Assembly: GCA_038215615.1 (NCBI GenBank) | Contig: JBBQQR010000007.1 | Location: 27,313 to 91,312 of the forward strand | DNA length: 64,000 nucleotides | From: Vulcanimicrobiales bacterium | GTDB lineage: Bacteria; Vulcanimicrobiota; Vulcanimicrobiia; Vulcanimicrobiales; Vulcanimicrobiaceae | Direction of reading: 5' to 3' | Shown: one piece after another, positions 38,186 through 47,811 of the stretch | Layout of the letters: every line of letters begins with the position of its first letter | Numbering within the stretch: the stretch's first letter is position 1 | The notes under the pieces: model-generated | Seen by the model: only the letters and a program-made list of their open reading frames with translations | Told to the model about the DNA's origin: nothing | The model's database searches: none | Program-made: the position numbers and the translations under genes

Positions 38186-40093
38186 TCATTTCGCGTGCGG
38201 CCGCATGATCTGCGCGAACATATCGGTGGTCCCCGGTATTCGGACCAAATGCGGATGCCTGGGGCCTCCGCGATAGTTCAACGTAATGTTTTGGTAGGAA
38301 TCGCCTTGTTTCACCAACAGTATGAGCGCCCCGAAGCCGGCCGTCGTCGCGCCAATTGCGCCATTCCATGCATCCGGTGTAAACTCGCGGCTGTTGATCG
38401 CGACGATCTGCATGCCCGGCGCCAAACCGGCGTTCCAAGCGGCCGAACTTTGGCGAACGTCGCCGATGGTTCCATCTGCTGCCAGCCGCACGCCGGCGTC
38501 GAACCACGAATCGATCGTCTTCTTCAACGCATCGTTATTCGCATCGTACACGTTCGGCTTGGGCGTAAAGACCAGCTTATAACCGGCGCGCGCAATTTCA
38601 TCCGTCGGCGGCAGCGGCGCCGGTGAATAGACGTATTTTTCGAAAAACCCGTGCCAGTCGTAGGGCGCGACTTCGCCCAGATAGCGTTCCAAGTCGGCGC
38701 GCGTATACGTAACGACGCGCGGCCCGGACGTTCCGCCGGCATAAACTTTAGCGTAATCGTCGAGCGATTTCTTTCCATTCGTCCGTTGACGGATAATCGT
38801 GTCGGCGTCCAGCCACATCAGTTCGCCTTCGGTGTAAAAGTCAAAAGCATTACGCCGCAGCGATCCGTATGGTCCGTCTGCGAGGTAAAAGTATGGCGCG
38901 CCCGTAGTCAGATCGATGATCGGCGTGGTCTTGCGTCCGGGCTCGTAAGCCATCGACGAATAAATGTAAGCGAAATACTCCGGGTAGTCCGAAGGCCTCC
39001 CTTTGATGCCGCTGCGGAAGGCGAGTAGATCGCCTATGTACATGTTCATGCCTTCGTACTCCCAAAGCAGCTCGGTGTGCTCGGGGAATGGGCGGTTGAA
39101 ATTGGGCTGCTGCAGGTCGAACGGGCGCCGGTACTTTCCGTTCCACGAATGAGAAAACTCATGGGTCAGCAAATCCCCGGCGGCGAGTTGCTCGGAATGA
39201 CTGGTCATGTATGTATCGTCGAACCGGTCGTCGCTCGATTGATGGTGTTCGATTCCCTGCGGCGGAATCAAATCGCTCAGCGTGAGCTCGGAATGATAGA
39301 CGTTCCAATGCCGTCCGCCGTAAAGCGCAATCGCCTCAGGCGTCACCCGCTTGTACGCCGCCAGTTCGCTTGCAGGCATCTCGAGGTCTTCGGGATGATC
39401 CGCAAACATGTCGAGATACGTATGCGTGCCTTGTCCGGTCCATGTAATGATGTGGCGATAGTAGCGTCCCGAATCGGTCGGTGAGTCGACCAGCGTTTCC
39501 AGCGTCACCGTCTTGAAGTCGATCCGCCCTCCGCTGCGCGATGCGACCGGAAGCGCGCTCGCGTAATCCCAGGCCGGCGGCAAAATAAGGCTCGCGCGCA
39601 CGTAATACTTCGTGTTATCGATATCGGGCTGGTAGAGAATGTAGCGGTTCCAGTTGCCGACCATGACGTTGCGCGTGGCGAGTTGCCCGTCGACAAAATT
39701 GTTCGGATGGTTCAGCAGCACCGTGAAATCGACGTTGACCGTCGTGACGCCGTTGGGAACGTTGATGTGAAACGCGTACATGTCCACGCGGTCACGTTCC
39801 CAACGGATCGATTGACCGCCCGCGCTGATCTTGAGCTCGGCGAGATCGTTGAGCGGGCCGGTTGGACCGTGCTCGCCCGGAATCCACTCAGGATAGGTCA
39901 GGGTGAAAGCCCCCGGGTTCACCGGGATCGTCATGTGTGAGTAAGCGTAGCCACGCGGAGCGGTCCGCTCGTCGAGCACGACGGTCATCGGGTTATTCTT
40001 GGTTGCCAGCGGCGTTTGAAGCGACGCCGGGCGCGCCTGGGCCTGCACCGCAATCACGAACGCGGCGCAAAGAACAATAGCGGTTCGCTGCAT
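38186..40093 (-). CDS. M61 family metallopeptidase with PDZ domain (tandem paralog)
   Basis: WIPGEHGP, LVDSP, HEFSHSWNGKYRRP, LWEYEG, PDZ. Confidence 0.92.
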   Translation of the reverse strand: MQRTAIVLCAAFVIAVQAQARPASLQTPLATKNNPMTVVLDERTAPRGYAYSHMTIPVNPGAFTLTYPEWIPGEHGPTGPLNDLAELKISAGGQSIRWERDRVDMYAFHINVPNGVTTVNVDFTVLLNHPNNFVDGQLATRNVMVGNWNRYILYQPDIDNTKYYVRASLILPPAWDYASALPVASRSGGRIDFKTVTLETLVDSPTDSGRYYRHIITWTGQGTHTYLDMFADHPEDLEMPASELAAYKRVTPEAIALYGGRHWNVYHSELTLSDLIPPQGIEHHQSSDDRFDDTYMTSHSEQLAAGDLLTHEFSHSWNGKYRRPFDLQQPNFNRPFPEHTELLWEYEGMNMYIGDLLAFRSGIKGRPSDYPEYFAYIYSSMAYEPGRKTTPIIDLTTGAPYFYLADGPYGSLRRNAFDFYTEGELMWLDADTIIRQRTNGKKSLDDYAKVYAGGTSGPRVVTYTRADLERYLGEVAPYDWHGFFEKYVYSPAPLPPTDEIARAGYKLVFTPKPNVYDANNDALKKTIDSWFDAGVRLAADGTIGDVRQSSAAWNAGLAPGMQIVAINSREFTPDAWNGAIGATTAGFGALILLVKQGDSYQNITLNYRGGPRHPHLVRIPGTTDMFAQIMRPHAK

Positions 40094-40460
40094 AGGGCGG
40101 CATTCTCCGGAAAATGTCCGGAAGGCCTCTTAGCGCCGCCCTGACGTTTGCGTCGACTTTTTTGAGCGCTCCGTTGCCGGCGTTGAACGACTGCGTCGTT
40201 CCGCGCGACACTTGCGCGTTTCATTAGGGGCGCAAGTCGCGGTCGTCTCGGCGCACGGGACCGCCCATCGTCACGGCCGGGAACCCGACAGCGGCAAAGC
40301 CCGGAACGAGCACCGCCAACCGCGGAATAAAGGCGCGCAGGGTCTTGTATTCTGCCGGTCACGTCGGCCAAACGCGCGCGTATGCGGCCGGCGATCGCGA
40401 GAACTCACGAGTGGGGCGTTGGTTGCCGCGGCGCGAACTTGCTTGCAGCGGAGGCCTGCT

Positions 40461-41060
40461 GTGTTCTGGATCGAGCCCGTCACTTTAAACGGCCAAAGCG
40501 TCAGGCTCGAGCCGCTCGCTGGAAAGCACCACGACGAACTCGTCGCTGCGGCGAGCGACGGCGAACTTTGGAATCTCTGGTACACGATCGTTCCCGAGCC
40601 TGGCGAAATGATGGCCGAGATCGAACGCCGCTTGGCGCTGCAAGAGTGCGGCTCGATGCTGCCCTTTGCCGTAATCGAAAGCGCCACAGGGCGCGCCGCC
40701 GGCATGACGACATACATGAACGTCGACGCGGATAACCGCCGCGTCGAGATCGGTTCCACATGGTTGCGCAAAAGCGTACAGCGCACGGCGCTGAACACCG
40801 AATGTAAACTTCTTCTCTTGTCGCACGCGTTCGATACGCTCGACTGCATCGCGGTGGAATTCCGTACGTCTTCCGCCAACGCGCAAAGCCGCCGCGCCAT
40901 CGAACGGCTCGGCGCCAAACTCGACGGCATCCTGCGCAGCCACGCCCGGCACAAGAACGGCACCCTGCGCGACACAGTCGTGTACAGCATCACCGCCGCC
41001 GAGTGGCCTGCCGTCCGCACGCGGCTCGCTGCAATAATCGCACCTTCACCCTCAAGGTGA
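40461..41060 (+). CDS. GNAT N-acetyltransferase (RimJ/RimL type)
   Basis: VRLEPL, RRVEIGSTW, NTECKLLLL.HAF, SRRAIERLGAK.DG.LR, RDTVVYSI; GGAGG RBS before GTG. Confidence 0.92.
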   Translation: MFWIEPVTLNGQSVRLEPLAGKHHDELVAAASDGELWNLWYTIVPEPGEMMAEIERRLALQECGSMLPFAVIESATGRAAGMTTYMNVDADNRRVEIGSTWLRKSVQRTALNTECKLLLLSHAFDTLDCIAVEFRTSSANAQSRRAIERLGAKLDGILRSHARHKNGTLRDTVVYSITAAEWPAVRTRLAAIIAPSPSR

Positions 41061-41135
41061 CCTAGGAGCGTCCGCAACCATACAGACCGCCTACTTGGTA
41101 TTTAGGATGGGATTTAAGTGGGTATATAGGGCGGT

Positions 41136-41588
41136 ATGCAGATAGGCCCGGATCCCCAAGACGAGCGCCCGGTCGAAATACGGGCCCACGAGTACGCCAT
41201 CTCCAGCGACATCCGGGAGGTGGTGAGGGAACTCGTCGACGCCCTCGGAGCAACGATGGTCGCCGCGATCGGAGGCGTCAGCGAAACGCGCGCCGTTAAG
41301 CAGTGGATGACCGACCGCGACCCACAACGCCCGCACCTTCTGCGGTTTGCGTTACAGCTCGCGTGGGTGATCTGCGAGAAAGGCGATCGCAACACAGCGC
41401 GCGCTTGGTTTCAAGCGCTCAATCCGCACCTGAACGACGCCGTGCCACTCCTTTTGCTGCGCGAACGCCAGCTTACCGATATACAAGCCCCGCTGATGGC
41501 TGCGGCCCGCGCATTCAGACCTCGTCCCGTTTCGAATCCCAACTTGTATGTTGCTCGCCCCCCAGCCATACTAAGGGACGAAAGGTAG
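41136..41588 (+). CDS. Xre/MbcA/ParS-like antitoxin-type protein
   Basis: HTH-like LGATMVAAIGGVSETRAVKQW; C-terminal ARAWFQALNPHLNDAVPLLLLR. Confidence 0.7.
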   Translation: MQIGPDPQDERPVEIRAHEYAISSDIREVVRELVDALGATMVAAIGGVSETRAVKQWMTDRDPQRPHLLRFALQLAWVICEKGDRNTARAWFQALNPHLNDAVPLLLLRERQLTDIQAPLMAAARAFRPRPVSNPNLYVARPPAILRDER

Positions 41589-41595
41589 GCGCGAT

Positions 41596-41937
41596 ATTTC
41601 ATATCATAGCGCGGCTTTTATACGCGAGGATTTTGACGCGGTCATCGCTCTGCACGTCTTCGGCGAGCTCGATATCGCGAACGCGAAAGACTTTGAAGCC
41701 GCCGTTGAGGGCGCCGAGCCGGATTTGGGCTCCGAGCGCCTCTTGGTGATAGACCTCGGAAGCTGCACCTTTCTGGACTCGACAGCGCTCCAAGTCGTCG
41801 TCCGCGCGCACCAGCGCCAGGGCGACCGGCTGGTTGTGATCGTTCCGGAAGCCAGCGTGATTCACCGCATCTTCCGCATCACGAGTTTGGACCAGCGGCT
41901 TTCCATCGTTGAAAGCTTGAGTAAAGTTTTACCATAG
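41596..41937 (+). CDS. STAS domain anti-sigma factor antagonist (start uncertain, possibly ATT)
   Basis: VFGELDIANA, LVIDLGSCTFLDSTALQVVV, RIFRITSLD; the domain extends upstream of the first TTG at 41725. Confidence 0.8.
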   Translation: MSYHSAAFIREDFDAVIALHVFGELDIANAKDFEAAVEGAEPDLGSERLLVIDLGSCTFLDSTALQVVVRAHQRQGDRLVVIVPEASVIHRIFRITSLDQRLSIVESLSKVLP

Positions 41938-42002
41938 GGGCGCCCGCTTCCAAAGGGTGCCGGGGCGAGGCAGCATAAGGCTTCCCGCCGGAGGACGTCC
42001 TC

Positions 42003-42809
42003 ATGAACAAACGGTTTATCCTAACCGCTTTCATCCTTTTTGCATGTATCTCGCTCTCAGGCACGGCTCTTAAGGCCGGCGCCCAAGTGCTGATCCCGCG
42101 CACCGCACTCGCCGTACCTATAAAAGCACACCCGGTTGTGATCGCGCGTTCGGAGAAAGACGAGGCGGCGGAGCGCGACCGGATGAGGTGGCGGTTCCGT
42201 CTTACGTCCAACTACGGGCCCGTGCAAACCAATACCATCGGTGCGCAAGGGAGAGGCGCCGCACTCGCCTTTGCCTTCACGGCTCGGCTTCCGGGCCACC
42301 GCTTCGCAAACACGTTGAGCTTCACGCGGTACAATACTGAGTTTCCGATCTACCAATATTGTCCGAACTGCGGCGGCCTCATCGTAGCTCAAGACGAAAA
42401 CGACGACTACGACGAATGGGACGACGACTTCGATTGGTTTATCGGGTCGCGTAACTGCAGGATAGCGCTGGGCGTGAGCTACGCGTACTATCACCCCGTT
42501 TATGAGCTCGGCGCCTATAATATGGGCGGCGTCGGCTTCGGCATCGACAAGTTTCCGAGCGACAGAATGTACTATTCACTCTACACGCACGATTATTTCT
42601 ATCCAAACGTCTCGGGCAGATATAACAATCAAATAAGCGGCGGTTTCCAGATTCTGCGCTTCGAGGTTGGTCTGAGCGTCCACCCTGACAAAATGAGCGG
42701 CTTGAGCTATCAGCTCGGACTCAAGGGCGAAAACTGGATCGGTAAGGGTCAAAACTCGCGCTACAACGAAATTAATCCATACTTAGGAATGGCGTGGAGT
42801 AAGTTTTAA
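42003..42809 (+). CDS. Secreted, probable outer-membrane beta-barrel protein
   Basis: Signal peptide; aromatic amphipathic strands; C-terminal Phe; CPNC and acidic DENDDYDEWDDDFD. Confidence 0.65.
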   Translation: MNKRFILTAFILFACISLSGTALKAGAQVLIPRTALAVPIKAHPVVIARSEKDEAAERDRMRWRFRLTSNYGPVQTNTIGAQGRGAALAFAFTARLPGHRFANTLSFTRYNTEFPIYQYCPNCGGLIVAQDENDDYDEWDDDFDWFIGSRNCRIALGVSYAYYHPVYELGAYNMGGVGFGIDKFPSDRMYYSLYTHDYFYPNVSGRYNNQISGGFQILRFEVGLSVHPDKMSGLSYQLGLKGENWIGKGQNSRYNEINPYLGMAWSKF

Positions 42810-42810
42810 T

Positions 42811-43116
42811 ATGAAATACGTTACCGCACTCGTCGCGCTTGCCTTGCTAACCGCAGCGGCACCGAAACCCGCGCTTGTCGTCCACTTGAGCGACTTTTCG
42901 TTCAAGCCGGCATCGGCAACGGTGAGCGTTGGCGACACGGTGGAGTTCACCAATGACGACTCCTACCCGCACACGGTGACGGCCGCCGGCGGAGCGTTCG
43001 ACTCCGGCAACCTCGATGAACATGCTTCCTGGAGCTATACTTTCAAAAAAGCCGGAACATACGCGCTGACCTGCTCGTATCATCCGAACATGAAAGGCAT
43101 GCTCACCGTTAGGTAA
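42811..43116 (+). CDS. Cupredoxin (plastocyanin/amicyanin-like) copper protein
   Basis: Signal peptide; FKP..TVSVGDTVEFTN...HTVT; CSYHPNM ligand loop. Confidence 0.92.
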   Translation: MKYVTALVALALLTAAAPKPALVVHLSDFSFKPASATVSVGDTVEFTNDDSYPHTVTAAGGAFDSGNLDEHASWSYTFKKAGTYALTCSYHPNMKGMLTVR

Positions 43117-43132
43117 TAAGGGTCATCCGGCG

Positions 43133-43606
43133 ATGACGAATCACACTTTTGAGGCCACCCTTCGCTGGACAGGAAACCTCGGCACCGGAACGAGTTCGTA
43201 CCGCGCTTACGGTCGCGACTACGAACTCTCCGGGCCGCTAAAAACGTCGCCCATTGCAGGATCGAGCGCGAAGACCTATCGCGGCGACGATACGCGCTAC
43301 AACCCCGAAGAGTTATTGGTGGCGGCCTTGTCGTCATGTCACTTGCTGGCATACTTGCATCTGTGCGCCGAAGCCGGAATAGTCGTGACGGGCTACGATG
43401 ACTCCGCCGAAGGCACCATGCGCACCAATCCCGACGGCAGCGGCGAATTTACCGAGGTAACGTTGCGTCCGCGCGTGCAGATTACCGACCCGGATCGCGG
43501 AGCCGAAGCGGACAGGTTGCACGAACGCGCGCACGAGCTGTGCTTCATCGCCCGCTCGGTAAATTTTCCCGTTCGGTGTCAAGCCGCAAGCACGGTGTCA
43601 TCGTGA
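43133..43606 (+). CDS. OsmC family protein
   Basis: NPEELLVAALSSCH; AHELCFIARSVN. Confidence 0.93.
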   Translation: MTNHTFEATLRWTGNLGTGTSSYRAYGRDYELSGPLKTSPIAGSSAKTYRGDDTRYNPEELLVAALSSCHLLAYLHLCAEAGIVVTGYDDSAEGTMRTNPDGSGEFTEVTLRPRVQITDPDRGAEADRLHERAHELCFIARSVNFPVRCQAASTVSS

Positions 43607-44763
43607 AAGCACGAGCTTTCCGCTTCGTCTTCTTGATGAGCCTGGTCAGCTTATTTGCCGACATGACGTACGAAGGCGCACGTTCGGTCACAGGACCGTT
43701 CCTCGCATTTCTCGGCGCGAGCGGAGCGGTCGTCGGTTTTGTCGCGGGGTTCGGCGAGCTCTTGGGTTTCGGCTTGCGTTATCTTTCGGGCGTCGCTGCC
43801 GATCGGACCGGAAAATACTGGGGAACGGCGCTGACGGGCTACGCGATTAACGTCTTGGCCGTACCGCTGATGGCATTTGCGCGCGCAGTACCCGGCGCAG
43901 CCGCGTTGATCGTTGGGGAACGCGTCGGCCGCGGCATACGCAAACCTGCTTCGAGCGCCCTAATTTCCTACGCCGGGTCGGAATTGGGACACGGCTGGGT
44001 TTTCGGATTCCGCGAAGCGATGGACCAGACCGGCGCAACCATCGGTCCCATCCTCATCGCCGTCATTCTTTTTTATCACGGCGGATTCTCGCGCGCGTTC
44101 GGCGTGCTCTTCGTTCCGGCAGTCCTCGCGCTGATCGCTTTGGTCGTCGCGTGGCGGAAATTTCCCGTCCCGCAACACTTGGAAACGAAGCCCTTAAAAG
44201 TCGGCGGCCGGCAGCAGCGCTCATTTTGGCTCTACGCGCTCGGTGGAGCTTGCCTGGGTGCCGGCTTCGCAGACTTCGCCCTCATTTCGTTCCACTTCAG
44301 TAAAACGCACGTCTTTGCGCTGGGCCTCATTCCGATCTTGTACGCGGCGGCAATGTTGATGGGAGCCGTCGGTTCGCCGCTTCTGGGAAAAGCGTACGAC
44401 CGGTATGGCAATGCCGTGCTCGTCATCGCCTTTGCCGCAAGCGCGGCCTTCGCGCCGCTCTCGTTCCTTGGAACGCCGTGGATGGCGATCGTGGGCGTAT
44501 TGCTTTGGGGTTTTGGAATGGCCGCCCAAGATACGCTGTTTCCGGCGGCCATCGTGCAGCTCGCGGCGACGGACCGGCGCGCTACCGCGCTCGGGACGTT
44601 CGACGCGATCTATGGCATCGCGTGGTTCGCCGGAAGCACCGTGATGGGTCTGCTCTACGACCGCAGTTTCACCGCGCTGGTCATCTTTTCACTGGTGCTG
44701 CAGGCCGGTGGGCTGCCGCTCTTGCTGATCGCCGGCCGCAAACGGCAAAACGCTACGCCTTAA
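43603..44763 (+). CDS. MFS transporter
   Basis: SLFADMTYEG, G.AADRTG, ERVGRGIRKP; many TM segments; GTGA overlap. Confidence 0.92.
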   Translation: MKARAFRFVFLMSLVSLFADMTYEGARSVTGPFLAFLGASGAVVGFVAGFGELLGFGLRYLSGVAADRTGKYWGTALTGYAINVLAVPLMAFARAVPGAAALIVGERVGRGIRKPASSALISYAGSELGHGWVFGFREAMDQTGATIGPILIAVILFYHGGFSRAFGVLFVPAVLALIALVVAWRKFPVPQHLETKPLKVGGRQQRSFWLYALGGACLGAGFADFALISFHFSKTHVFALGLIPILYAAAMLMGAVGSPLLGKAYDRYGNAVLVIAFAASAAFAPLSFLGTPWMAIVGVLLWGFGMAAQDTLFPAAIVQLAATDRRATALGTFDAIYGIAWFAGSTVMGLLYDRSFTALVIFSLVLQAGGLPLLLIAGRKRQNATP

Positions 44764-44777
44764 CGAAAGAAAATATC

Positions 44778-46283
44778 ATGACCCACGCTCGCTTTGCTTT
44801 GGCTGCTCTTCTTGTATTGCTGACAACCGCGGCCGCGCCGCCGCAGCAGCTCGATACAACGTCGATGACACCGACACAACTGCTGGAGCGCGCAGACAAA
44901 ACCACCGGTACGCTTGCTCCCGGAAGCTACGTGCGCACATACACGTCGGATGGCGGCGGATTGCACACCGACGGCGTCACGAAAATTGCTGGCAGCGACC
45001 GCGAAACGGTCGAGCATACCGGCCCATTCACGACGGCCTTCGGAATTTTTCATGGACAGCAGTGGCGTCAGAACGAAAACGGCGTCGTCACGTTGTTCAG
45101 AGGATTTCACGATACCGCCGATCCCGATGCGAACGCGCTTTCACATGCGGCGAGCTCGACGGACATGCGCGTACTGGGCGTAACCCATAATGCGCCGCAA
45201 GAGTACGTTCTTGAAGTCGCGCCCATCGGCGGACCTCGCGAAAGGCGCTATTACGACGCGCAAACCTATTTGCTCAACCGCATCGAAATTACCGGCAGCG
45301 ACGGGCGCACGCGCGTCTGGACGTTCTCCCGCTACCGTCCTGTTTTCAACGAGCTGATTCCCTACACGGTGCGCTACACCGATGGCCGGTCCGCCAACGA
45401 CAGCGTAACCCAGATCACGTCCTTTGCCGCTTCGCCCGCCTCCATCGCCGGCATTCCGGCCGGGCGCAAACTGCTGCCGGCATCGGCAACCAAGCCCATC
45501 GACATTCCCGCGATCTTCAACGAGGACGGAATCATCGTGCCGGTCACGATCGCCGGAAAGACGTATAATTTCGCGCTCGACAGCGGCTCCGATAGCCTGC
45601 GCATATCGCCGCGTATCGCTGCGGAGCTCGGATACAAACGCTACGGTTTGAGCAAGGCGAACATCGAAGGCGAATTCGACGTATCCCAGACGGTCGTGCC
45701 CGATCTCGGCATCGGCGACTTACACCTCACCAATGCAGTCTTCAGCGTGATTCCGATCGATCAACCCGACGACAAGAACCACATCGTCGGCGTCCTGGGG
45801 CTCGACTTTTGGTCCAGCGGCGTCGTCGGTATCGATTTTAAAACCAAAACCGTGAGGCTCTATCCGGCGAACAGCAGCCCGCCCGACGCCGCGAGCTTGA
45901 GCGCGATGCCGATAACGCTCGACGACGGTGTGCCGCGCGCGCCGGTCTCCGTCGAAGGTGTTCAGGGGTATTTTGTCCTCGATACCGGATCCGCTTCCAC
46001 AATTTTCTACCGGCACTATTTCGATCAGCTGCGCACGAAGACGCCGCTTGAAGAGACACTCGAGACCCGTTGGCTAGGCGGCATCGTCGATATGGCGGGC
46101 TACTCCGTCGACGATTTCGCGATGGGTCCGGCGCAATTCAAACACGCGAGCGTCGCGCTGCCGCCGACGACGTCTGAAGACAACCCGGATTATGACGGCG
46201 TCATCGGGCGCAACATCATGGAGTACTACACAATGTATTTCGACTACGAGGGACATGCCGTCTATCTGAAGCCGAACGTTTGA
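44778..46283 (+). CDS. Secreted aspartyl protease with two retropepsin-like domains
   Basis: Signal peptide; FALDSGS and FVLDTGS motifs; GVLGLDF and DGVIGRN. Confidence 0.85.
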   Translation: MTHARFALAALLVLLTTAAAPPQQLDTTSMTPTQLLERADKTTGTLAPGSYVRTYTSDGGGLHTDGVTKIAGSDRETVEHTGPFTTAFGIFHGQQWRQNENGVVTLFRGFHDTADPDANALSHAASSTDMRVLGVTHNAPQEYVLEVAPIGGPRERRYYDAQTYLLNRIEITGSDGRTRVWTFSRYRPVFNELIPYTVRYTDGRSANDSVTQITSFAASPASIAGIPAGRKLLPASATKPIDIPAIFNEDGIIVPVTIAGKTYNFALDSGSDSLRISPRIAAELGYKRYGLSKANIEGEFDVSQTVVPDLGIGDLHLTNAVFSVIPIDQPDDKNHIVGVLGLDFWSSGVVGIDFKTKTVRLYPANSSPPDAASLSAMPITLDDGVPRAPVSVEGVQGYFVLDTGSASTIFYRHYFDQLRTKTPLEETLETRWLGGIVDMAGYSVDDFAMGPAQFKHASVALPPTTSEDNPDYDGVIGRNIMEYYTMYFDYEGHAVYLKPNV

Positions 46284-46344
46284 TGAGCACGTTCATCGCT
46301 GCCGCCGCATTGATTGACGCGATGCGTATGGTGCTCGCCGGCAC

Positions 46345-46911
46345 CTAAGCTTCGCTGTAAAAGCAGCGCCCGCAGGTTTGGATGTAGCGCGTCTCGCCTT
46401 CGATCGCAATTTGCGCCCCTTGCGTGATGCGTTTCCCGTGTTCGTCGATGCGTACGTTCATCGTGGCCTTCCGCCCGCACGCGCAAATGGTTTTTATTTC
46501 CTCGATACTGTCGGCCAGCGTCAGCAAATGCGCCGCGCCCGGAAACGGATTGCCTAAAAAATCGCTGCGCAGTCCGTAACAGATGATCGGCACGCTCGTC
46601 ACGTGGGCGATGCGATGGAGGTCGCGGACTTGCTCGACCGTCAGAAACTGAGACTCGTCGACCAGCAGGCACGAAAGATCGGCAGTGTCCGTCCCAAGTG
46701 CATTCGTAAAATTCGTCTTTTCGTCGAACGTCTCTACCTCGCGTTGCGGGCCTAGGCGCGACGTCACCAAACCGTCGCCGAAGCGCCGGTCGATCGCAGC
46801 CGTAAAGATGCGCACCTTGCGGCGGTGTTCTTCATAGTTGTGCGCGACTTGTAGCAGCGCCGTGGACTTGCCGGCATTCATCGCCGAGTAGCGGAAATAG
46901 AGTTTCGCCAT
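46345..46911 (-). CDS. tdk: Thymidine kinase
   Basis: MAKLYFRYSAMNAGKST, VDESQF, CYGLRSDF, KTICACGRKA. Confidence 0.97.
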   Translation of the reverse strand: MAKLYFRYSAMNAGKSTALLQVAHNYEEHRRKVRIFTAAIDRRFGDGLVTSRLGPQREVETFDEKTNFTNALGTDTADLSCLLVDESQFLTVEQVRDLHRIAHVTSVPIICYGLRSDFLGNPFPGAAHLLTLADSIEEIKTICACGRKATMNVRIDEHGKRITQGAQIAIEGETRYIQTCGRCFYSEA

Positions 46912-46961
46912 CCCGGCCTACCTACGGAGGCGGGGTATCCGAGCCCTCGAAGGTGGCGCGA

Positions 46962-47339
46962 CTAAGCGCTAGAGGCTTGTGAAAGCGCTCCCGCGTGCTC
47001 GGCCAGCAGCGCTTCGCCGGCGCAGAGAATCTTGACTGCCGATTCGCGGTCCTGGCGCAACGAAGCGCCGAGCAGCTGCCGCACCAGAAACGCTGCGGGT
47101 TGCAACGGTCTTGCGTGCTCTTGGCAGCTCGTTTCAAACCCGCGGTAATCGGCCGGCTTTAACAAGCCTTTGAAGGTGCGGCGCGCCGCGATATAGTCGA
47201 TCGCCCGCGCCCGAAAGTATGGGGTTCCGATGGCGTCGAGCGCATTTGCCAATTCGATAGTCAAGCTCGTGTAGGCGATGCCAACCACCGGATTGTCATA
47301 CGGGAATGAACCTTCAGCGCGAGGCGCGGCCGCAATCAT
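46962..47339 (-). CDS. Hypothetical protein
   Basis: 125 aa ORF filling the intergenic space; no recognised motif. Confidence 0.5.
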   Translation of the reverse strand: MIAAAPRAEGSFPYDNPVVGIAYTSLTIELANALDAIGTPYFRARAIDYIAARRTFKGLLKPADYRGFETSCQEHARPLQPAAFLVRQLLGASLRQDRESAVKILCAGEALLAEHAGALSQASSA

Positions 47340-47400
47340 TCCCCAATGGTAAGCGCGAACTATGAAGAAATTCTAAAGCCCTTTCGTCTGGAGGTTTACC

Positions 47401-47748
47401 ATGCCCAATCCCGTGGTCCACTTTGAAGTCACCGGCAAGGACGCTAAGAAACTCCAGGATTTCTACGCCAAGGCGTTCGGCTGGAGCATGAAAGACGCCG
47501 GAAACGACTACGCGATTGTGACGACCGGAGAAGACAGCAAAATGGCCGGCGGCATCGGCAAAGCCCAATTGGGCGAGGGCTGCGCGACGTTCTACGTCGG
47601 CGTTCCCGATATTGAAGCGGCCTTCCTTACGGTCGCAGAACTCGGCGGCCGCAAACTAGCCGGTCCTTACGATGTGCCCGGCGGTCCAAAAATCGCGTTA
47701 TTCGCCGACCCCGAAGAACATGTCATCGGGTTGGTCGAGATTCCCTAA
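47401..47748 (+). CDS. VOC family protein
   Basis: MPNPVVHFEV, FYAKAFGW, GGI, FADPEEHVIGL; GGAGG RBS. Confidence 0.92.
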   Translation: MPNPVVHFEVTGKDAKKLQDFYAKAFGWSMKDAGNDYAIVTTGEDSKMAGGIGKAQLGEGCATFYVGVPDIEAAFLTVAELGGRKLAGPYDVPGGPKIALFADPEEHVIGLVEIP

Positions 47749-47811
47749 GCGCGCAAACCTCCTGCGCTGTTTCTCCGGCGGAACTGGGTATTAGGGCCCT
47801 CGGAGGTTCGC

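Noticed and set aside
40094..40460. Overlapping short ORFs between the peptidase and GNAT genes
   Set aside because: No coherent start or motif; likely promoter DNA or decayed sequence.
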